A stretch of 51,819 nt of DNA from Acidimicrobiales bacterium (GTDB lineage: Bacteria > Actinomycetota > Acidimicrobiia > Acidimicrobiales > VFJN01), in contig JBPPMN010000009.1 in NCBI GenBank assembly GCA_051306055.1, positions 1 through 51,819 on the forward strand. The letters are read 5' to 3'. The notes under the pieces were generated by a model. The model made no database searches. It saw only the letters and a list, made by a program, of their open reading frames with translations, and had not been told where the DNA came from. Every line of letters begins with the position of its first letter. The first letter of the stretch is position 1. The translations under genes and the position numbers were made by a program. Of the stretch, positions 39,831 to 48,299 are shown piece by piece.

Positions 39831-42062
39831 TCAGTGCGAGGTGCCCGCCCCGAGCGCGTCGGGGAGTCGGTCGTGCCACGCTGCCGTGGCGTCGGCCACG
39901 CCGACGTCGAGCAGCCCCTCCACCACCAGGCGGTCCCCGCCGGCCCGTCCGAGGCGGGTGGCCGTCACCCCCGCTGACTGGGCGGCTCGGATCACATCAT
40001 CGCCGTGACCGTTGGTCACGCAGGCCACCACACGGCTGGGCGACTCTGCGAACAGCCAGGTGTGGTCGAGGTGCTTCCCCCGCACGTCGAAGCCCTTCCC
40101 CGATCGGACCGCCATCTCGGCCAGGGCCACCCCGATGCCATCGGCGGTGTCGTGCGCTCCGGCGAGCAGGCCCTCGCCCACGAGGTGGCGCACCAGGTCG
40201 GCCACCGCGGCGTGCTCGTCGAGGTCGAGGTCGGGGGGCGGTCCGGCGCGGTGGCCGTGGTCCCATGCCCAGCGCGAGCCCGCCACCGAGCGCGTCTCCG
40301 GGCCGAGGGCGATGAGGGTGCCGCCCTCGACGAGGCGCACCCCGGGGGGCCGGCGGTCGAGGCGGTCGACCAGCCCGAGCAGGCCCACCACAGGCGTGGG
40401 GTCGATGTTCTGGCCGCGGCTCTCGTTGTAGAGGCTGACGTTGCCGCCGACCACGGGGATGCTGAGGGCCCGGCAGGCCTCCCCCATCCCCTCGATCGAC
40501 TCCACGAGCTGCCACATCACCTCGGGGTGCTCGGGGTTGCCGAAGTTGAGGCAGTTCACCAGGCCCAGCGGCCGGGCCCCCACGCAGGCCAGGTTCATCA
40601 CGGCCTCCGCCACCACCAGGGCGGTGCCCTGGCGAGGGTCGAGGGCGCACCACCGGTGGTTCCCGTCGACGGTGAGCCCGAGGCCGCGCCCCGTATCGAC
40701 GCCGGTGTCGGGGTGCTTGAGGCGCAGGACGGTGGCATCACCACCTGGACCTTCGACCGTGTTGAGGAAGAGCTGGTGGTCGTACTGGCGATAGACCCAC
40801 AGCGGATCGGCCAGCAGCGCCAGCAGGTCGGCGGCCACGTCGTCGGGCTCGGCGAGGGCGGTGCCCTTGTCGGCCCGACGCTCGTCGCGGTCGGCCGGGG
40901 GCGAGTAGGGCCGGTCGTAGAGCGGGGCATCGTCGTCGAGCGAGCTGGCCGGCAGGTCACCCAGCACCTCGCCGTCGAGGCGGTCGAGGATGCGGAAGCG
41001 ACCAGTGCCGGTGACGGTGCCGATCACCGCGGACCGCACCTCCCACCGGTCGCAGATGGCCACGAGCTCGTCGAGGCGGGCGGGCTCGACGATGGCCAGC
41101 ATCCGCTCCTGGCTCTCGCTGATCATGATCTCGAAGGGCTCCATGCCCTCCTCGCGCACGTGGACCTCCGAGAGGTGGAGGTCCATGCCGACCCCGCCCT
41201 TGGAGGCCGTCTCGCTGGCCGCCCCGGTGATGCCGGCGGCTCCCAGGTCTTGGATGCCCACCACGAGCCCCGCGCCGATCATCTCGAGGCAGGCCTCGAT
41301 CAGCCGCTTCTCCTCGAACGGGTCGCCCACCTGCACGCTGGGGCGCTTGTCGGCGTCCTCCTCCTCGGTGCCGAACCCGGCCGAGGCCAGCACGCTGGCC
41401 CCGCCGATGCCATCGCGCCCGGTGGCCGAGCCGAACAGCACGGCCAGGTTCCCCACCCCGGAGGCCCGGGCCAGCACGAGGTTGTCGTGGTCGAGCAGGC
41501 CCACGCAGAAGACGTTGACGAGCGGGTTGTCCTGGTAGGTGTCGTCGAAGACGGTCTCGCCGCCCACGGTGGGCACGCCCACCGAGTTGCCGTAGCCGCT
41601 CACGCCGCTCACCACGCCCTCGGCGATCCATCGGCTGCGCGGGTCGGACAGCGGCCCGAACCGCAGCGGGTCCATGAGCGCGATCGGGCGGGCGCCCACG
41701 CTGAAGATGTCGCGCAGGATGCCACCCACCCCGGTGGCCGCGCCCTCGTAGGGCTCGATGGCGGAGGGGTGGTTGTGGCTCTCGATGCGGAAGGCGGCAC
41801 CGATGCCATCGCCGACGTCGACCACCCCCGCGCCCTCACCAGGGCCCACGATCACGTGTGGTGCCTCGGTGGGGAGCTTGCGCAGGTGGAGCCGCGACGA
41901 CTTGTAGGAGCAGTGCTCCGACCACATCACCGAGTACATCGCCAGCTCGAGGTGGTTGGCCGGCCGGCCCAGGATCTTCGTGATGGCCTCGGCCTCGTCG
42001 TCGGTGAGCCCGAGGCTCCGGTGCAGCGGCACCACTGGATCGGGGGAGGGCTCCTCTGCCAT
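39831..42062 (-). CDS. purL: Phosphoribosylformylglycinamidine synthase subunit II
   Basis: MWSEHCSYKSS, IESHNHPSAIEPYEGAATGVGGILRD, GYGNSVGVPTVGG, VGIQDLGAAGITGA and SESQERML. Confidence 0.95.
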   Translation of the reverse strand: MAEEPSPDPVVPLHRSLGLTDDEAEAITKILGRPANHLELAMYSVMWSEHCSYKSSRLHLRKLPTEAPHVIVGPGEGAGVVDVGDGIGAAFRIESHNHPSAIEPYEGAATGVGGILRDIFSVGARPIALMDPLRFGPLSDPRSRWIAEGVVSGVSGYGNSVGVPTVGGETVFDDTYQDNPLVNVFCVGLLDHDNLVLARASGVGNLAVLFGSATGRDGIGGASVLASAGFGTEEEDADKRPSVQVGDPFEEKRLIEACLEMIGAGLVVGIQDLGAAGITGAASETASKGGVGMDLHLSEVHVREEGMEPFEIMISESQERMLAIVEPARLDELVAICDRWEVRSAVIGTVTGTGRFRILDRLDGEVLGDLPASSLDDDAPLYDRPYSPPADRDERRADKGTALAEPDDVAADLLALLADPLWVYRQYDHQLFLNTVEGPGGDATVLRLKHPDTGVDTGRGLGLTVDGNHRWCALDPRQGTALVVAEAVMNLACVGARPLGLVNCLNFGNPEHPEVMWQLVESIEGMGEACRALSIPVVGGNVSLYNESRGQNIDPTPVVGLLGLVDRLDRRPPGVRLVEGGTLIALGPETRSVAGSRWAWDHGHRAGPPPDLDLDEHAAVADLVRHLVGEGLLAGAHDTADGIGVALAEMAVRSGKGFDVRGKHLDHTWLFAESPSRVVACVTNGHGDDVIRAAQSAGVTATRLGRAGGDRLVVEGLLDVGVADATAAWHDRLPDALGAGTSH

Positions 42063-42068
42063 CGCCGC

Positions 42069-42074
42069 AGCCTA
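42069..42074 (-). promoter_or_regulatory. Putative -10 element (TAGGCT on the minus strand) 6 nt before the purL ATG
   Basis: The minus strand reads GCGTAGGCT GCGGCG ATG, with no Shine-Dalgarno. This is consistent with a leaderless purL mRNA. Confidence 0.3.
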
Positions 42075-42141
42075 CGCAACCAACGACGGGCCCCCGACAC
42101 CCCGTGGAAGGGTCAAATGGGCGCGCCCGGGTTTGGGCAAA

Positions 42142-42147
42142 TAGACT
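42142..42147 (+). promoter_or_regulatory. Putative -10 element (TAGACT) 8 nt before ATG 42156
   Basis: gggcaaaTAGACT ggatctcc ATG, in a locally AT-richer patch and with no Shine-Dalgarno. Confidence 0.3.
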
Positions 42148-42155
42148 GGATCTCC

Positions 42156-42569
42156 ATGGCCACAAAGCGGAACCGCACACCGATGTCCGACGAGCACAAG
42201 GCTGCCCTGGCCGAAGGACGCAATCAGGGCCGGGCGGTCCGCCGATATCTTGAAGCGCTCGAGGCCCACAAGCCGAAGCGTGGGCGCAAGCGGACCACCG
42301 AGTCGGTGCAGAAGCGGTTGGTGCGCATCGAGGTGGAGCTCGAGACCGCCGACCCACTCAAGCGGCTGCAGCTCATCCAGGAGCGGCTCGACCTCCAGGC
42401 CGAGCTCGAGGCGGCCAGCGCCAAGGTCGACCTGTCGGGCCTCGAGCGCGATTTCGTCGACGCCGCCAAGGCCTACAGCACCCGCAAGGGCATCTCCTAC
42501 GCCGCCTGGCGGGAGCTGGGCGTGGAGCCGGCGGTGCTGAAGAAGGCCGGGATCAGCCGGGCGAGCTGA
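42156..42569 (+). CDS. Small basic coiled-coil protein (hypothetical)
   Basis: 137 aa: MATKRNRTPMSDEHKAALAEGRNQGRAVRRYLEALEAHKPKRGRKRTTESVQKRL... It is the only plausibly coding part of the 854-aa track ORF 40005..42569; the rest is antisense to purL. Its 3' end overlaps the convergent acyltransferase gene by 17 nt. Confidence 0.6.
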   Translation: MATKRNRTPMSDEHKAALAEGRNQGRAVRRYLEALEAHKPKRGRKRTTESVQKRLVRIEVELETADPLKRLQLIQERLDLQAELEAASAKVDLSGLERDFVDAAKAYSTRKGISYAAWRELGVEPAVLKKAGISRAS

Positions 42570-44697
42570 CGCTCCAGGTCACCGGCGCGCCGGTGCGGGG
42601 AGCCACCGAGCCGCCCGCGAGCACGGCGCGGTAGGCCGCTCCCATGGCGTCGAAGACGCCGCCGTCGGCCAGTGCGCCCATCCCTTCGGGCGACACGTGC
42701 AGGCCATCGGGCCGGACCTCCTGCGAGGCCTCCAGCTCGGCCACCACGGCGGCGTAGGGCCAGCGGGCCACCGGCGGCAGGCTGCGCAGGCCGGCCTCGT
42801 CGAGCTCCTCGAGGCGGGCCCACCGGACGGGATCGTTGAGCGACACAGGACCGCTCCCCGGCACCGCGTTGCCCAACAGACCACCGAACTCGTCGAGGTC
42901 CCACTCCGGGCGCGGCACGTCGGCCCAGAGCACCGGCACCTCGGCCGCGGACAGGGTGGCGGCTGCGGTGCGCAACCGCTCGGCGTACTCGGTGTCGACG
43001 GCGGGCTCACCGACGTGGCGCCAGCCCTCGAGCCCGGGGAACTCCCAGTCGGCCAGCTGCGACGACCCGATGAACACGACGATGGCGTCGGCGCCGATCC
43101 GCTGTGCCTCGTCGGCTGCGGCGGCGAAGAGGCGGTCGCAGCCCTTCGGCGTGAAGGTGTAGCCCTCCCGCACCCGGAACCGCGTGCCCGTGTAGGTGGA
43201 GCAACCGGGCCCGCTGACCGTGGCCACCTCGAGCCGTCCGGTCCTGGCTCCCCAGTCGCTCAGCCCGGCGCCGTTGGCCGCCGCCGTGGAGTCGCCGACG
43301 ACGACGACGCGCGGGCTGCGGGGGGCGAGCGGCTCGACCGGCCCGGCGGGCCCAGCAGGCCCGGCCCGGCCGTCGGTGGGAGGCGGCACGCCCGGATCGG
43401 GCTCAGGAGCGCCCACCGTCTCGGGCGGGGCCGACGTGGCCGGGGGCGAGGTGGCAACGGGCTGAGAGGGCACGATCACGAGTCCGTCGGCGGCGACGGG
43501 CTGGACGTCGTCCATCCGCAGGTCCGTGTGCACCACCGCCACCGCGCTCACGACCAGGACCGCAGCCACCGCCGCTGCCGTGGCGGTGAGCAGCTGCCGC
43601 CCCGTCGCCACGGTGCCCCGGCGGATCGGGAGCTCCAGCAGGTGGTACGAGGTCACGGCCAGGGCCAAGGTGACCGCCGCTCGCACCACGAAGAGGGGCC
43701 CGGTGCCGAGGGGCACCCGGTCGCCCGACAGGGCCAAGAAGACCGGGAAGTGGAACAGGTAGACGCCGTAGCTGATCTTCCCGAGGGCCACCATCGGTCG
43801 CCAGGCCAGCACGGCAGCGGTCCGTCGGCCCTCGACCGCGGCCAGCAGGAGCCCGGCCGACACCAGGGCCACCATGAGGAAGCCCCCCACGTACAGACCG
43901 GGGTTCTGCTGGCTCACGGTCATCCACAGACCGGCCACCACGACGATGGCGCCGAGCCCGGCGACGTCGACCAGCCGCCGCAGGATCGACCGTGCCCCCC
44001 CGAGGAGGCGCTGGATCGGCTGGTGGAGGACGGCGAGCAGCCCGCCCACGGCCAGCTCGGCGGCTCGGGTGTCGGTGCCGAAGTAGATGCGGTCGACGCC
44101 GCCGAGGCGCACCTGCGTGGCGACCGACCAGATCGTGACGGCCAGGAGGAGGACGCCGAGGAGGGCCCGAGACCGTCGCAGCGCCACCGCCGCCACCACC
44201 GGGAAGACCAAGTAGAACTGCTCCTCGATGGCCAGCGACCAGTAGTGCTGCACCGGCGACGGCGACAGCCCCAGGTCGGCGTAGCTGGCGCCCTCCGAGA
44301 TGAACCACCAGTTCGACACGTGGAACAGGGCGGCGCGGATGTCGCCGAGGGCGCTCACCCGCTGATCGATCGGGATGGTGGTCATCGTGACGACCAGCGC
44401 GAACCCGAGGGCCAGCAGCGAGGCCGGCAGGAGCCGCCGGGCCCGACGCGCCCAGAACGACCCGAGCGAGATGCGGCCTGATCGATCTCGCTCGGTCAGC
44501 AGGAGGCTGGTGATGAGGAACCCCGACAGCGTGAAGAAGAGCGAGACGCCGAGGAACCCGCCCTGGGCCCAGGTGAAGCCGCCGTGGAACAGGAGCACGG
44601 CCAGCACGGCCGCGCCGCGGAGCCCGTCGAGCGCGGGCCAGTAGCGGGGCAGCTCCGTCCCCGGGGTGACGGCCGCAGGGTGCGGAGAGGTCGCCAT
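42553..44697 (-). CDS. Acyltransferase-3 family membrane O-acyltransferase fused to a C-terminal SGNH-like domain (OatA/OafA-like)
   Basis: LDGLRGAAVLAVLLFHGG, GFLGVSLFFTLSGFLITSLLL, FWARRARRLLPA and about 10 TM segments. A Pro-rich linker follows. The extracytoplasmic domain has VVVVGDSTAAANG (GDS block) and DGLHVSPEG (DxxH-like block). Confidence 0.85.
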   Translation of the reverse strand: MATSPHPAAVTPGTELPRYWPALDGLRGAAVLAVLLFHGGFTWAQGGFLGVSLFFTLSGFLITSLLLTERDRSGRISLGSFWARRARRLLPASLLALGFALVVTMTTIPIDQRVSALGDIRAALFHVSNWWFISEGASYADLGLSPSPVQHYWSLAIEEQFYLVFPVVAAVALRRSRALLGVLLLAVTIWSVATQVRLGGVDRIYFGTDTRAAELAVGGLLAVLHQPIQRLLGGARSILRRLVDVAGLGAIVVVAGLWMTVSQQNPGLYVGGFLMVALVSAGLLLAAVEGRRTAAVLAWRPMVALGKISYGVYLFHFPVFLALSGDRVPLGTGPLFVVRAAVTLALAVTSYHLLELPIRRGTVATGRQLLTATAAAVAAVLVVSAVAVVHTDLRMDDVQPVAADGLVIVPSQPVATSPPATSAPPETVGAPEPDPGVPPPTDGRAGPAGPAGPVEPLAPRSPRVVVVGDSTAAANGAGLSDWGARTGRLEVATVSGPGCSTYTGTRFRVREGYTFTPKGCDRLFAAAADEAQRIGADAIVVFIGSSQLADWEFPGLEGWRHVGEPAVDTEYAERLRTAAATLSAAEVPVLWADVPRPEWDLDEFGGLLGNAVPGSGPVSLNDPVRWARLEELDEAGLRSLPPVARWPYAAVVAELEASQEVRPDGLHVSPEGMGALADGGVFDAMGAAYRAVLAGGSVAPRTGAPVTWSVSSPG

Positions 44698-44778
44698 GGT
44701 CCGGGTACGGGTTCGCCCCTCGGCGGCCCGATTCCTGTCGGTTCGGGCGGATCTGCCGGGGGCAGGGCCCGCAGGAGG

Positions 44779-45456
44779 TCAGGCCACGGGGGCGCCAGCT
44801 CGCACCAGGAGCGAGCGAAGGAGCACCGCGCCGTCGGTGGAGCCGACCAGGGGGTGGCAGGCCCGCTCGGGGTGGGGCATCAGGCCCACCACGTTGCGAC
44901 CCTCGTTGCACACCCCGGCGATGTCGTCGACGGATCCGTTGGGGTTGTCGACGTAGCGCACGACCACACGATCCTCCGCCCGCAGCATGGCGAGGGTGTC
45001 GGCGTCGCAGGTGTAGTTGCCCTCGAAGTGGTTGATCGGGATGCGCAGCACATCGCCCACCGCGGCCTCGGCCGTGAGGGCGGAGTCGGTGGTGTCGACC
45101 CGCAGCCGGGCGGTGGCGCACAGGAACTTCAGCCCGCGGTTCTTCTGCAGGGCACCAGGGAGCAGGCCAGCCTCGGTGAGCACCTGGAAGCCGTTGCAGA
45201 TGCCGACCACCGGAGCACCCGCGGCCGCCAGCTCGCGGACGGCCTCCATCACCGGGGAGAACCGGGCGATGGCGCCCGGTCGGAGGTAGTCGCCGTGGGC
45301 GAAGCCCCCGGGCAGCACCACGGCGTCGACCGAGCGGGCCGTGGCCTCGCCGTGCCACAAGAGCTCGGCCTCCGCGCCGAGGCCCTCGATGGCCTCGACG
45401 ACATCGTGCTCGCAGTTCGATCCGGGGAAGGTGACGACGCCGACCCGCGTGGCCAT
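44779..45456 (-). CDS. purQ: Phosphoribosylformylglycinamidine synthase subunit I (glutaminase)
   Basis: VGVVTFPGSNCEHD, LPGGFAHGDYLR, the catalytic Cys in GICNGFQVL, and MPHPER. Confidence 0.95.
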   Translation of the reverse strand: MATRVGVVTFPGSNCEHDVVEAIEGLGAEAELLWHGEATARSVDAVVLPGGFAHGDYLRPGAIARFSPVMEAVRELAAAGAPVVGICNGFQVLTEAGLLPGALQKNRGLKFLCATARLRVDTTDSALTAEAAVGDVLRIPINHFEGNYTCDADTLAMLRAEDRVVVRYVDNPNGSVDDIAGVCNEGRNVVGLMPHPERACHPLVGSTDGAVLLRSLLVRAGAPVA

Positions 45457-45716
45457 CAGACCGCCTCGGCGGCGGAGACCGACACGTCGGCGTCTTCGAT
45501 GACGGGGTTGATCAGGAACCGCTGGGTGACCTCATCGGCGTGGACCTGGGCGGCGTCGGCGTCGGCCGCCTCCACCTCGAAGCGGATGGCCTTGCCCACC
45601 CGCACGCCGCGGATGCCGTCGAAGCCGAGGGCCGGCAGCGAGCGCTCGATGGTGGCGCCCTGCGGATCAGCGATCCCGGGACGGAGGCGGGTCTCGACGA
45701 GGACGCGGTAGCGCAT
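45456..45716 (-). CDS. purS: Phosphoribosylformylglycinamidine synthase subunit PurS
   Basis: 86 aa: MRYRVLVETRLRPGIADPQGATIERSLPALGFDGIRGVRVGKAIRFEV. Its stop shares one base with the purQ ATG. Confidence 0.9.
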   Translation of the reverse strand: MRYRVLVETRLRPGIADPQGATIERSLPALGFDGIRGVRVGKAIRFEVEAADADAAQVHADEVTQRFLINPVIEDADVSVSAAEAV

Positions 45717-45779
45717 GGTCGGGAGCCTACTGCTGCGCCCGGAGCCGCCGATCACCCTGCCGGTCGGGCACGGCCGGGA

Positions 45780-46664
45780 TCAGGACACCCCGGGCCAGGC
45801 GCTGAAGCTGCGACCGGTGATGCGCTCGTAGGCCTCGATGTAGCGGCTGCTGGTGGCGGTGACCACGTCGGCCGGCAGCGGCGGCGGGGGCGGGGTCTTG
45901 TCCCAGTCGAGCGACTCGAGGTGGTCGCGCACCGGCTGCTTGTCGAAGCTGGGCGGCGTGCGACCCGGCTCCCACTCGTCGAGCGGCCAGAAGCGGCTGG
46001 AGTCGGGCGTGAGCACCTCGTCGCAGAGCACCAGCTCGCCGTCGACGAAGCCGAGCTCGAACTTGGTGTCGGCGACGATGATGCCGTGCTCGCGGGCGAC
46101 CTCGGCCCCTCGGCGGTAGAGCTCGAGCGAGATGGTCCTGGCCTGCTCAGCCACCTCTGCCCCCACCAGGTCGGCCGCCTGCTCGAAGGAGATGTTCTCG
46201 TCGTGGACGTCGCGCTTGATCGACGGGGTGAGCACCGGTTCAGGCAGCCGGTCGCTCTCCTGCAGACCCTCGGGCAGCCGCTGGCCGTGCATGGTGCCGC
46301 TGGTGCGGTACTCCTTCCAGGCCGAGCCCGAGAGGTAGCCGCGGACGATGCACTCGATGGGCAGCATCTCGGCCTTGCGGCACAGCATGATGCGGCCGGC
46401 CAGGTCGTCGCCGGCGGCCACCACGTCGGAGGCGAGGTCGGCGACGTCGGTCGACACGAGGTGGCTCCCGACCACGTCGCCGAGCACCTCGAACCAGAAG
46501 GCCGAGATGGCGGTGAGCACTCGGCCCTTGTGCTTGATGGGCTCGTCGAGCACCACGTCGAAGGCCGAGAGGCGGTCGGAGGCCACCAGCAGCAGCTGGT
46601 CGTCGCCCACCGCGTAGATGTCGCGGACCTTGCCGGAGAAGAGGTGGGGCAGCGGGAGCGTCAC
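45780..46664 (-). CDS. purC: Phosphoribosylaminoimidazole-succinocarboxamide synthase
   Basis: LFSGKVRDIY, ASDRLSAFD, GYLSGSAW, ADTKFELG, CDEVLTPDSSRFW, DKQPVRD. Confidence 0.95.
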   Translation of the reverse strand: MTLPLPHLFSGKVRDIYAVGDDQLLLVASDRLSAFDVVLDEPIKHKGRVLTAISAFWFEVLGDVVGSHLVSTDVADLASDVVAAGDDLAGRIMLCRKAEMLPIECIVRGYLSGSAWKEYRTSGTMHGQRLPEGLQESDRLPEPVLTPSIKRDVHDENISFEQAADLVGAEVAEQARTISLELYRRGAEVAREHGIIVADTKFELGFVDGELVLCDEVLTPDSSRFWPLDEWEPGRTPPSFDKQPVRDHLESLDWDKTPPPPPLPADVVTATSSRYIEAYERITGRSFSAWPGVS

Positions 46665-46700
46665 GGGCCCGACGTTACGCGACGTCCGGAGTGCCGCCGT

Positions 46701-48128
46701 CTAGAGGATGGCTTCGCCGCGGTAGCGGGCGGCGCCGGGGTGGCGGGCCTCCACCTCGGCCACCTGGGCCACGAAGGCCTCCACCTGGGGCACGGCCGTG
46801 CCCACGAAGCCGAGCGGCTCGCCCACCAGCGCCTCGAGGGCGGCTCGGTCGAGCGGCAGGCGATCGTCGGCGGCGAGGCGGTCGAGCAGGTCGTTGCTGG
46901 CGGCGCCCTGCTCCCGCATGGCGAGCGCCACCGCCACCGCGTGCTCCTTGATGGCCTCGTGGGCCACCTCCCGCCCCACGCCGGCCCGCACGGCCCCCAT
47001 CAGCACCTTGGTGGTGGTGAGGAAGGGGAGGTAGCGGTCGAGCTCGCGAGCGACCACGGCGGGGTAGGCCCCGAAGTCGTCGAGCACGGCGAGGAAGGTC
47101 TGGAAGAGGCCGTCGGCGGCCAGGAAGGCGTCGGGAAGGGCGACCCGACGCACCACGGAGCACGACACGTCGCCCTCGTTCCACTGGTCGCCGGCCAGCT
47201 CACCAACCATCGACAGATGGCCCCGCAGGACTACCAGTAGGCCGTTGATCCGCTCGCACGAGCGGCTGTTCATCTTGTGGGGCATGGCCGACGAGCCCAC
47301 CTGCCCGGGCTGGAAGCCCTCGGTGGCCAGCTCGAGCCCGGCCATGAGGCGGATGGTGGTGGCCAGGCTGGCCGGGCCCGAGCTGGCCTGCACCAGGGCC
47401 GACACGACGTCGAGGTCGAGGGAGCGGGGGTAGACCTGACCGACGTTGGTGAGCACCGCGTCGAAGCCGAGGTGGCCGGCCACCGCCGCCTCCAGGGCCT
47501 CCACGCGATCGGCGCCGCCGAGGAGGTCGAGCATGTCCTGCTGGGTGCCCACCGGCCCCTTCATGCCCCGCAGGGGGTAGCGCTCCAGGAGCTCCTCCAC
47601 CCGCCGCAGGGCCTGCAGGAGCTCCTCGCCGGCGTTGGCGAAGCGCTTCCCCATCGTTGTGGCCTGGGCCGCCACGTTGTGGCTGCGCCCGGCCATCACG
47701 ATGGTGGCGTGCTCGGCGGCGCGCTCCGCCAGGCGCACCAGCGCCGTGACCATGCGGTCGCGCACCAGGCCCAGGGCGGCCTTCACCTGGAGCTGCTCGA
47801 CGTTCTCGGTGAGGTCGCGCGAGGTCATGCCGGCGTGGATCAGCTCGTGGCCGGCCAGGGCGGAGAACTCCTCGATCCTGGCCTTCACGTCGTGACGGGT
47901 CACCCGCTCGCGGGCCTCGATGCTGGCCAGGTCGACCTTGTGGAGCACCGCCTCGTGGTCGGCGATGGCCTGCTCGGGGATGTCGAGGCCGAGGTCGCGC
48001 TGGGCTCGCAGCACGGCCAGCCACAGCTCCCGCTCGAGCACCACCTTGTGCTCGGGCGACCACAGCTCGGCCATCGGGCCGCTGGCGTAGCGGGCGGCCA
48101 GCACGTTGGGCAGGTGAGCTCCGGACAC
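46701..48128 (-). CDS. purB: Adenylosuccinate lyase
   Basis: LAARYAS.PMAELWSPE, VTRHDVKA, H.GMTSRDL, and the signature loop GSSAMPHKMNSRSCERI. The start is GTG, with AGGA upstream. Confidence 0.95.
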   Translation of the reverse strand: MSGAHLPNVLAARYASGPMAELWSPEHKVVLERELWLAVLRAQRDLGLDIPEQAIADHEAVLHKVDLASIEARERVTRHDVKARIEEFSALAGHELIHAGMTSRDLTENVEQLQVKAALGLVRDRMVTALVRLAERAAEHATIVMAGRSHNVAAQATTMGKRFANAGEELLQALRRVEELLERYPLRGMKGPVGTQQDMLDLLGGADRVEALEAAVAGHLGFDAVLTNVGQVYPRSLDLDVVSALVQASSGPASLATTIRLMAGLELATEGFQPGQVGSSAMPHKMNSRSCERINGLLVVLRGHLSMVGELAGDQWNEGDVSCSVVRRVALPDAFLAADGLFQTFLAVLDDFGAYPAVVARELDRYLPFLTTTKVLMGAVRAGVGREVAHEAIKEHAVAVALAMREQGAASNDLLDRLAADDRLPLDRAALEALVGEPLGFVGTAVPQVEAFVAQVAEVEARHPGAARYRGEAIL

Positions 48129-48259
48129 GACCCCATCCTCGCATCCGGCGGTCGCGTGGCGGGAGTCCGATCCGCGGGCCGTCCGGCCGTTCGCCGCAGG
48201 TCCAACGACCCGGCCTGCTCAAGACGCCAGGGCTACCGGCCGTTACCTACGGGGCACCG

Positions 48260-48273
48260 ACGGCGATCGCCGT
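48260..48273. promoter_or_regulatory. 14-bp perfect palindrome in the divergent purB / Cys-rich-protein intergenic region (candidate operator)
   Basis: ACGGCGATCGCCGT is its own reverse complement. It lies 27 nt upstream of ATG 48300 and about 130 nt upstream of the purB start. Confidence 0.3.
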
Positions 48274-48299
48274 GGTACGCGAGGAGAGGAATCGGACGA

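Noticed and set aside
39814-39831. Small hairpin AGCCGC-CAGCGA-GCGGCT between the priming transferase and the purL stops.
   Set aside because: The stem is only 6 bp and competes with an alternative CTGAGC/GCTCAG pairing. It overlaps the purL stop codon. There is not enough support to annotate it as a terminator.
40005-42155. The N-terminal 717 codons of the 854-aa plus-strand track ORF 40005..42569.
   Set aside because: This part is antisense to purL and has artefact-like composition. Only the last 138 codons, from ATG 42156, lie outside purL and look like a real small gene.
48129-48225. ZTP (pfl)-riboswitch-like elements in the purB leader on the minus strand: CCGGGUCGUUGGACCUGCGGCGAAC-GGCCGGACGGCC-CGCGGAUCGGACUCCC...GACCGCCGGAUGCG, just before the ribosome-binding site.
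   Set aside because: The order of elements resembles the ZTP architecture (GGGUCGU...GGCGAAC, a hairpin, then CCGCC...). However, the near-invariant cores do not match. It has ACCUGCGGCG where ACUGGCG is expected, and CCGCCGGAUGC where CCGCCUGGGC is expected. purB is also not a typical ZTP-regulated gene. A covariance-model search with the ZTP model would be decisive: a score above the model's gathering threshold would overturn this rejection.
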